Shown here: piece after piece, positions 58,280-64,000 of the stretch
Position numbering within the stretch: the first letter of the stretch is position 1
Layout: each line of letters starts with the position of its first letter
Source: Candidatus Gallispira edinburgensis
Lineage (GTDB): Bacteria > Bacillota > Clostridia > Lachnospirales > CAG-274
Length of the DNA: 64,000 nt
Assembly: GCA_904395805.1 (NCBI GenBank)
Contig: CAJFNV010000009.1
Coordinates: 14,111-78,110 of the forward strand
Direction of reading: 5' to 3'
The notes under the pieces: model-generated
Told to the model about the DNA's origin: nothing
The model's input: only the letters and a program-made list of their open reading frames with translations
Database searches by the model: none
Translations under genes and position numbers: made by a program

Positions 58280-59299
58280 TTAATCTTTATAGTCTCCCCT
58301 GTCAGATACAAGCTCATAACCTATCTTTGAGATTGATTTTTTAAGTTTTTCTATGCTTTCGGCAGCCTCTTCCCCTGTGCATATTTTGTTATTGTAGAGA
58401 GAATATTTCTTTCTGTCCTTCAAAGGGGATAAATTAGGCATCAGAACATTGGCACCTGCCAGTATTCCCTTTTCCCTTCCCTTTTTATCAAGAGTACCAA
58501 GTGCAGTTGTAGCAGGCAAAAGCACATGAGGCAGGAGAATTCTCATAATAGCAAGTATTCTTAAAGTCATTTCAACACTGCCGTCAGGCATATCCCTGAA
58601 AATCGTATCCTTATGAGCAATAAAGGGACCTATGCCTATCATTTGCGGGTTAAAGTCATACATATACAAAATATCATCAACAATATTGTCAATTGTCTGA
58701 TAAGGTGAACCGACCATTATACCACAGCCTGTCTGAAAACCGATATTTTTTAAATTTTTAAGACAGTTTAACCTGTTAAAAAGGCTCATATCATCAGGAT
58801 GAAGCTTGCTGTAATGTTCGAGAGTACAGGTTTCATGCCGCAGCAGATACCTGTCGGCTCCTGCATCATAAAAACTTTTATAAGCCTCATAGCTTCTCTC
58901 ACCTATTGAAAGTGTAAGAGCGTGATTTGGAAATTCTTTTTTGATTGCCCTTATCATTTCAACAACACGGGCATTGCTGTAATAACCGTCCTCTCCCCCT
59001 TGGAGCACAAAAGTTTTAAATCCGAGTTTATCTCCCTTTCTGCAGCATTCAAGAATTTCATCAAGACTTAACCTGTAACGCTCCACATTGTTGTTTTCCC
59101 TGTTTATCCCGCAGTAATAGCAGCCGTTTTTACAGTGATTTGTAAATTCAATAAGCCCTCTTATATAAATACGGTTTCCGAATACAGACAAAGCTGTTTC
59201 CCTTGCAAGTTCAAAAAGCTTCTCATCATATTTATCGGTAGATAGTATCTGTTTTAAATTTTGTTTGTTTAATAAGGCATCATGTACCAATGTATCCAT
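58280..59299 (-). CDS. hydE: [FeFe]-hydrogenase maturase HydE (radical SAM)
   Basis: RGLIEFTNHCKNGCYYCGI..RYRL..VLQGGED..TLSIGE..AGADRYLLRHET matches the HydE pattern. Confidence 0.8.
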   Translation of the reverse strand: MDTLVHDALLNKQNLKQILSTDKYDEKLFELARETALSVFGNRIYIRGLIEFTNHCKNGCYYCGINRENNNVERYRLSLDEILECCRKGDKLGFKTFVLQGGEDGYYSNARVVEMIRAIKKEFPNHALTLSIGERSYEAYKSFYDAGADRYLLRHETCTLEHYSKLHPDDMSLFNRLNCLKNLKNIGFQTGCGIMVGSPYQTIDNIVDDILYMYDFNPQMIGIGPFIAHKDTIFRDMPDGSVEMTLRILAIMRILLPHVLLPATTALGTLDKKGREKGILAGANVLMPNLSPLKDRKKYSLYNNKICTGEEAAESIEKLKKSISKIGYELVSDRGDYKD

Positions 59300-59317
59300 A
59301 TACTCACCTGCTTAAAA

Positions 59318-59347
59318 ATTAAGGGGTGTTGCATTACGCCACATCCC
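59318..59347 (-). terminator. Terminator after the 131-aa membrane protein gene
   Basis: aaggggatgt..acacccctt stem on the minus strand followed by AATTTTT. Confidence 0.55.
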
Positions 59348-59355
59348 CTTTATTT

Positions 59356-59751
59356 CTATCTGTTTTTTATAAGCTGTAAAATTTTATCACACAAAAAATT
59401 CAGAAGAATACCAAAACTTATACCAACAATAAAAATAAACATATAAATAAGTGATATTACTGCAAATGATATAAGTTTATCATGTATTCCATTCCCAAAA
59501 AGGGGATAAAACATTAGTATAATTACTCCGTAAATTATGCTGATAAGCATAAACAAAGCATATCCTTTAAATATCATACCGTATATTAAAGACAGTATAA
59601 ATGCAGCAGCAGGCATATATACTAAAACTATACCAAGCCACAATTCATAATGAATTTCTACTATACCGGCATAATTTATAAACGGATAAATCAATATATT
59701 TATCAGGTTTAAGGTGATAAAAATTATATATCTTAATTTGTATTTATTCAT
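59356..59751 (-). CDS. Hypothetical 4-TM membrane protein
   Basis: Hydrophobic 131-aa ORF with no recognised family. Confidence 0.55.
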   Translation of the reverse strand: MNKYKLRYIIFITLNLINILIYPFINYAGIVEIHYELWLGIVLVYMPAAAFILSLIYGMIFKGYALFMLISIIYGVIILMFYPLFGNGIHDKLISFAVISLIYMFIFIVGISFGILLNFLCDKILQLIKNR

Positions 59752-59762
59752 AAAATCCAGTA

Positions 59763-61208
59763 TTACTTTGACAGCATTTCAATACCCTTATTGATCCTTG
59801 CAATGGTATCTTCTTTACCCAGAAGTTCGGCAAGCTCACTTGCACCGCAAGGAGATGTAGGCTCACCTGAAAGAGCAGTTCTCACAGGCCAGAACATCTG
59901 ACCGTTTTTAATGCCCATTTCCTTTATTAAATCAACCATTCTGCCGTAAATTGTATCATTGTTCCAATCAGCAGTGTCAATGCCTTCGATAACAGGAAGA
60001 ACAGCCTTAAGATTTTCAAGACAGATCTCCTCTGTTGTTTTCATCTTCTTATGAACATAAAGGTCTGTTGAATATTCCGGAAGCTTATCAATAAAATCAA
60101 CCATGGCAATAATGTCCTTGGAAGTTCCTATTCTTGTCTGAACATATTTTGCAACTTTCTTTAAGTCTATATCCGTTCTCTTAACGGCAGCCTTCAATTC
60201 AGGCTCAGCCCACTTATAGAAATCCTCAAAGTCCATTTTCTTGATATACTCACCATTCATCCATGTAAGCTTTTCAATATCAAAAATTGCAGGTGACTTT
60301 GAAAGTCCCTTTATGCTGAATTCCTTAATAAGCTCATCCATAGTAAATATTTCCTGATTTACTGAAGGAGACCAACCCAGAAGGGCGATATAATTTACAA
60401 TGGCATCAGGCAGATAACCCTTTGCAACAAGATCCTGGAATGAAGCATCACCGTTTCTTTTTGAAAGCTTGTTATGCTTATCCTTCATAACTGCAGGCAG
60501 ATGAACATACTTAGGTATTTCCCAGCCAAAAGCCTCATAGAGAAGATTGTACTTAGGTGTTGAAGAAAGGTACTCTGCACCTCTTACAACATGAGTAATG
60601 TTCATTGCATGGTCGTCAATTACATTTGCAAAGTTATATGTTGGGAACCCGTCGGATTTAATTAAAATCTGATCCTCAAGTTCTGAATTGTCAACTGTAA
60701 TGTCACCGTATACCTCATCATGGAATGTAGTCTTGCCATCTCTTATTTTCTGACGTATAACAAAAGGAACACCATTTTTGAGATTTTCTTCTATTTCTTC
60801 CTTTGAGAGATTAAGGCAATGTCTGTCATATTTAGCAACAGCCTCATGGCTTGTTTCTGTTTTAAGGGAATCAAGTCTTTCCTTTGTGCAGAAACAGTAG
60901 TAAGCCTCACCCTTTTCAATAAGCTCAAGGGCATATTTCATATAATCGTTTTTTCTCTCACTCTGAATATATGGACCGTAATCTCCGCCCACATCGGGAC
61001 CTTCGTCATGGGTGATCTTAGCCATTTCAAGAGTCTTGTATATAACATCGGTTGCACCCTCTACAAATCTTTCCTGGTCAGTATCCTCTATTCTCAGTAT
61101 AAAAGAGCCTCCCTGACTTTTAGCGATCAAAAATTCATAAAGTGCAGTCCTTAAATTACCTATATGCATATATCCCGTAGGACTTGGTGCAAATCTTGTT
61201 CTAACCAT
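59763..61208 (-). CDS. gltX: Glutamate--tRNA ligase
   Basis: [19 protein letters not shown] (HIGH) and KLSKR (KMSKS). Confidence 0.95.
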   Translation of the reverse strand: MVRTRFAPSPTGYMHIGNLRTALYEFLIAKSQGGSFILRIEDTDQERFVEGATDVIYKTLEMAKITHDEGPDVGGDYGPYIQSERKNDYMKYALELIEKGEAYYCFCTKERLDSLKTETSHEAVAKYDRHCLNLSKEEIEENLKNGVPFVIRQKIRDGKTTFHDEVYGDITVDNSELEDQILIKSDGFPTYNFANVIDDHAMNITHVVRGAEYLSSTPKYNLLYEAFGWEIPKYVHLPAVMKDKHNKLSKRNGDASFQDLVAKGYLPDAIVNYIALLGWSPSVNQEIFTMDELIKEFSIKGLSKSPAIFDIEKLTWMNGEYIKKMDFEDFYKWAEPELKAAVKRTDIDLKKVAKYVQTRIGTSKDIIAMVDFIDKLPEYSTDLYVHKKMKTTEEICLENLKAVLPVIEGIDTADWNNDTIYGRMVDLIKEMGIKNGQMFWPVRTALSGEPTSPCGASELAELLGKEDTIARINKGIEMLSK

Positions 61209-61223
61209 TTTAATATATCCTCC

Positions 61224-61685
61224 TTAGTTTTGTGCCTGTGTAGTTGCAGTGTCGTTCTTATATTCTCTCGCAGTATCAAGAGATGTCCTTGCTGATGCCA
61301 GTCTTTCCTGAATTCCCGTAAAGTTTGCCCTGGGGATATCTTCACCGTTAGCATAATACTGTGATCTTACAGTCATAAAATCTCCCACATATGCAAGCAT
61401 GGAATCAGCAATATATCCCTTTAAAACAGGGCTTTCAGCATTTTCGATATTTGTGACATAGTCATTTAAATTTTCCATATCCTCATCTTCGACCTTAGCT
61501 TCTTCAAATACTCCCTGACATACTTTTACAGCACGGTCCACGGCAGTTAATATGTTTTCATCATATGAAGCATAAATATTTTTCACCTCTGCCCTGTTCT
61601 GCATACCGTATATAATTCCTACAACAGTAGTAAGAGCAAGAAGACCAATTATAATAATCAAAGCCGTTTTTACATTTTTGTTCAT
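61224..61685 (-). CDS. Hypothetical membrane-anchored protein (153 aa)
   Basis: N-terminal TM followed by a soluble domain of unknown family, 15 nt upstream of gltX. Confidence 0.55.
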   Translation of the reverse strand: MNKNVKTALIIIIGLLALTTVVGIIYGMQNRAEVKNIYASYDENILTAVDRAVKVCQGVFEEAKVEDEDMENLNDYVTNIENAESPVLKGYIADSMLAYVGDFMTVRSQYYANGEDIPRANFTGIQERLASARTSLDTAREYKNDTATTQAQN

Positions 61686-61748
61686 ATCAGTACCTCTTAA
61701 GTCAGTATATTAAGGCTTCTTCTATAACTGCAAGCCTTTATCCATAAC

Positions 61749-61777
61749 ATTTTACAACAAATATTACAGCTTGTCAA
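61749..61777 (-). promoter_or_regulatory. Sigma-A promoter (TTGACA-17-TAAAAT) for the 61685-gltX transcription unit
   Basis: Read on the minus strand. Confidence 0.6.
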
Positions 61778-61810
61778 TTTTATTAGGTTTTTTTTATAAT
61801 AAAAATTTTA

Positions 61811-62041
61811 TTAATCTTCTTCAAGCAGTTTATCGGGTTTAACATCAAGAGCATTTGAAATATCAAGAAAAATATCAATATAAAATATGTAATCAATATT
61901 TACATTTTCAATACACTTTATATGTTCCACAGACTTTCCTATTTTTTCTGCAAGCTGTTCCTGAGTGTACCCTCTTAATTTTCTGTAATAAGCTATTTTC
62001 AGGCATAACTTTCTGTATTTATCATAATGTTCCTTTTTCAT
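61811..62041 (-). CDS. XRE-family HTH regulator (76 aa)
   Basis: RKLRGYTQEQLAEKIGKSVEHIKCIEN HTH_3 core. Confidence 0.75.
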   Translation of the reverse strand: MKKEHYDKYRKLCLKIAYYRKLRGYTQEQLAEKIGKSVEHIKCIENVNIDYIFYIDIFLDISNALDVKPDKLLEED

Positions 62042-62198
62042 GATCCTCAATTCCTCTCTTTCCCTTTAAATTTCTTATATGTTTAATTCTTTCAATTACT
62101 TCATATGTCTTTTCAAGTTCGCTTTTAGAAAGATATTGCAATTCTGATGCTATACTTTCAGCCTTTTTTATGTCTGTGTTGCTTATTTCACCATTCAT
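62022..62198 (-). CDS. Small hypothetical protein (58 aa), first gene of the leftward unit
   Basis: ATG 62198 is preceded by an AAGGTGG SD with an 8-nt spacer. The 62216 start in the track lacks an SD. It overlaps the downstream XRE start by 20 nt. Confidence 0.5.
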   Translation of the reverse strand: MNGEISNTDIKKAESIASELQYLSKSELEKTYEVIERIKHIRNLKGKRGIEDHEKGTL

Positions 62199-62278
62199 AA
62201 TTTTAACCACCTTCATTTATAAATCAATTTTTAATCAAAATTATTCGTTTATAAATCAACAATACCATAATCCGTCTC

Positions 62279-62329
62279 ATTTGTCAACGATTATATTAAA
62301 ATTTATTGTCATTTTTTTCGTTGACAAAT
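62279..62329. promoter_or_regulatory. Back-to-back divergent promoters whose -35 boxes lie in a perfect 12-bp inverted repeat (ATTTGTCAACGA ... TCGTTGACAAAT)
   Basis: Rightward: TTGACA 62321-62326, 17-nt spacer, TGaTATACT. Leftward: TTGACA (complement of 62282-62287), 17-nt spacer, TATTGT. Confidence 0.6.
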
Positions 62330-62371
62330 TAAATTTGTAATGATATACTAACCCTAAGGAGATGATTAATC

Positions 62372-62803
62372 TTGGATCAAAGCATAAAAAGTATAGAATT
62401 GGGACAAAGAGTAAAATCAATACGAAATGAATTAAACCTTACACAAGAAGAGTTTGGCAAAAGAATTGGTGTACAAAATCATGTTATATATAATTTAGAA
62501 TCCGGCAGAAATAAAACAATAAATGAACCAATGCTTATATCTCTATGTTCCGAATATAAGATAAATAAAGACTGGTTACTTTACGGCAGCGGAGATAAAT
62601 ATATAAAAAGCAAAGACTCTGTACTGGAAGAATTAAAGTCAACTTATGGTCTCAGTGAATATGCAATGCTTATACTTGAAAGCTATTTGGAATTAAGTGA
62701 CAATGAAAAGAAATTTTTTGATTCTTATTTAAAAAATCTGACAGATAAATTATTGTCAAAACAATACTTGTTACAAAAAGGCAAAATTTCCGACAGTAAA
62801 TAA
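62372..62803 (+). CDS. XRE-family HTH protein with a roughly 70-aa C-terminal extension (143 aa, cI-like without peptidase)
   Basis: LGQRVKSIRNELNLTQEEFGKRIGVQNHVIYNLESGR. TTG start after an AAGGAG SD. Confidence 0.75.
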   Translation: MDQSIKSIELGQRVKSIRNELNLTQEEFGKRIGVQNHVIYNLESGRNKTINEPMLISLCSEYKINKDWLLYGSGDKYIKSKDSVLEELKSTYGLSEYAMLILESYLELSDNEKKFFDSYLKNLTDKLLSKQYLLQKGKISDSK

Positions 62804-62823
62804 ATATGTTTAAAAGCAAAAAT

Positions 62824-62853
62824 AAAGCCATATTTCCTAGAGGATCTATGGCT
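62824..62853. repeat. 30-bp direct repeat copy 1 (aaagccatatttcctagaggatctatggct), itself a hairpin
   Basis: Matches 63088-63117 at 28 of 30 positions. On the minus strand it is followed by TTTATTTTT, which is terminator-like. Confidence 0.8.
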
Positions 62854-62920
62854 CAGACTGTCAATAAACTAATTTTAACCAAAATTTGCAGTTTTTGAAC
62901 AACTAACTTGCAATTAGCGT

Positions 62921-63087
62921 CGCAGACTTTAATCCGCAGGCGGAAATCGCATTTTCGCCGAGGACAGGAACTTTTCTGTAAACAAGCTGTTTTGACAGCT
63001 TGTTTGCGGAAAACTTGATGGTTCCCACCTTAGCTAACTGAAAGAAATGCTCGCATTTCTTTCAAGGCTGTCGACTTCGACAGCCTA
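62921..63087. ncRNA. Candidate structured non-coding RNA (four consecutive stem-loops); strand unresolved
   Basis: Stem-loops at 62939-62959, 62967-63025 (11-bp perfect core plus outer helices), 63040-63063 and 63065-63086. There is no ORF, and the stretch is visibly more G+C-rich than its flanks. Confidence 0.35.
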
Positions 63088-63117
63088 AAAGCCATATTTC
63101 CTAAAGGACCTATGGCT
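63088..63117. repeat. 30-bp direct repeat copy 2 (aaagccatatttcctaaaggacctatggct); bidirectional terminator-like
   Basis: Flanked by AAAA and TTTT, immediately downstream of the sirtuin-like gene. Confidence 0.8.
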
Positions 63118-63148
63118 TTTATAATTTGCTGTTTTCATTAAATTTATT

Positions 63149-64000
63149 TTAATCAATTAACCGAGGTATTATATTTCCTATATCATCACCTATTGATATA
63201 CTCCTTTCCCTTATTTTTACGGGAACTTCGGGACTGCTCATATTAATTCTTATAAGCTGTGCATTATCTAAATTACAGGTATACTTTTCAAAGGGAAAAC
63301 GAATTATTGAAGGTGTATTATACCCCACTCCCAGCTCCATAAATACAACATTGCTGTTCTCAATTTGATTTAAAAACTCATAATACCTTTCCTCTGACCT
63401 GTACCATTTATCATCCTGAACAAAAAACATATCCTTTCTTATATTTACTTCCATATTGCCGTGACATACAGGACATCGTGGCACAATATCGCCGGGGATT
63501 TTACAGTTATGCTGATTTCTTACCATGCTTTTGACCATTTCTTCATTATCATAAAGTTTATTGTGACAACCCCTTGCACACTGTATTTTGCCGTAATCCC
63601 CCTGTACAGCCCATATTCTCTCACTGTCAAAGCCTGCCTTATAAAACTGATGATCTACATTTGTTGTTATAACAAAATGATCCTTGTTTTTGACAAGTTT
63701 TAATAAATCCGTATAAACTTTTCCGACAGGGGCACTGTATCTGTTCATAAGTATGTGTCTTGACCAGTATGCCCACTTTTCCTCCTGTGTTTCAAAGGGA
63801 TAAAATCCTGCAGTATACATGTCAGTCATACCGTATTTATATATGAAGTCCTTAAAATTATCATCAAACCTTTTTCCTGCATATGATAGACCTGCCGCAT
63901 TTGACAATCCTGCCCCTGCCCCTATAACAATTGCATCCGCCTTCCGACAGGCTTCTCTCACATTTTCAATTTGTTCTTCTATTGTAAGATGAAATTTTAT
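63149..64000 (-). CDS. SIR2/sirtuin-family protein, 5' end beyond the window
   Basis: GAGAGLS NAD-binding loop, TTNVDHQF, and Zn ribbon C..C...CP.C. The frame stays open to base 64000, so the M at 63961 in the track is an internal GTG. Confidence 0.8.
   Translation of the reverse strand: MKFHLTIEEQIENVREACRKADAIVIGAGAGLSNAAGLSYAGKRFDDNFKDFIYKYGMTDMYTAGFYPFETQEEKWAYWSRHILMNRYSAPVGKVYTDLLKLVKNKDHFVITTNVDHQFYKAGFDSERIWAVQGDYGKIQCARGCHNKLYDNEEMVKSMVRNQHNCKIPGDIVPRCPVCHGNMEVNIRKDMFFVQDDKWYRSEERYYEFLNQIENSNVVFMELGVGYNTPSIIRFPFEKYTCNLDNAQLIRINMSSPEVPVKIRERSISIGDDIGNIIPRLID

Noticed and set aside
61160-61354. ORF 61160-61354 (-) overlapping the gltX start and the upstream gene. Also ORFs 57119-57316 and 17375-17584 inside ilvE and xylA in alternative frames.
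   Set aside because: These are out-of-frame overlaps with strongly supported genes. They have no SD and no recognisable motifs.
61811-62803. An intact prophage or ICE at the XRE switch.
   Set aside because: No integrase, recombinase, replication, structural or lysis genes are present on either side within the window. The flanks are gltX and a sirtuin-like gene. At most it is a remnant.
62824-63117. Possibility that the two 30-bp direct repeats are a CRISPR array.
   Set aside because: There are only two copies, separated by 234 nt rather than the 25-40 nt typical of spacers. There are no cas genes in the window, and the intervening sequence is itself highly structured.

Overview
This is a 64-kb AT-rich chromosomal segment that looks like a spore-forming Clostridia genome. 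Evidence for that: an alpha/beta-type SASP gene, yqfC/yqfD sporulation genes, and a mreBCD-PBP2-minDE-rodA-mgsA cluster. The window is densely coding and mostly housekeeping.

Main blocks:
- A histidine operon on the minus strand (hisZGDBH-A-[yitT-like]-F-I-E).
- feoAB, putP, and a LacI-regulated xylAB operon.
- A MarR-MATE pair.
- An orphan lantibiotic-immunity LanFEG ABC transporter with a divergent two-component system.
- miaA and the cell-shape/division cluster.
- The conserved yqfC-yqfD-phoH-ybeY-cdd-(udg)-era-yqzL-recO block.
- An FMN riboswitch followed by ribD-E-BA-H.
- cls, an eda fusion, two LysR regulators, ilvE, hydE and gltX.

I saw no rRNA, tRNA, CRISPR array, transposase or integrase.

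The regions that look accessory or unexplained are:
1. 492-1438: a small hydrophobic peptide, a 98-aa unknown protein and a divergent XRE regulator.
2. 48648-49214: a solitary zeta-toxin-like P-loop kinase.
3. 51465-51751: an unexplained gap containing micro-ORFs.
4. 61811-64000: a phage-like divergent XRE switch without a prophage, a 234-nt multi-hairpin non-coding element bracketed by 30-bp direct repeats, and a sirtuin-like gene whose catalytic His position appears to be Gln.

All product calls come from motif and family recognition by eye on the supplied translations. No database search was possible, so family names are hypotheses of varying strength.
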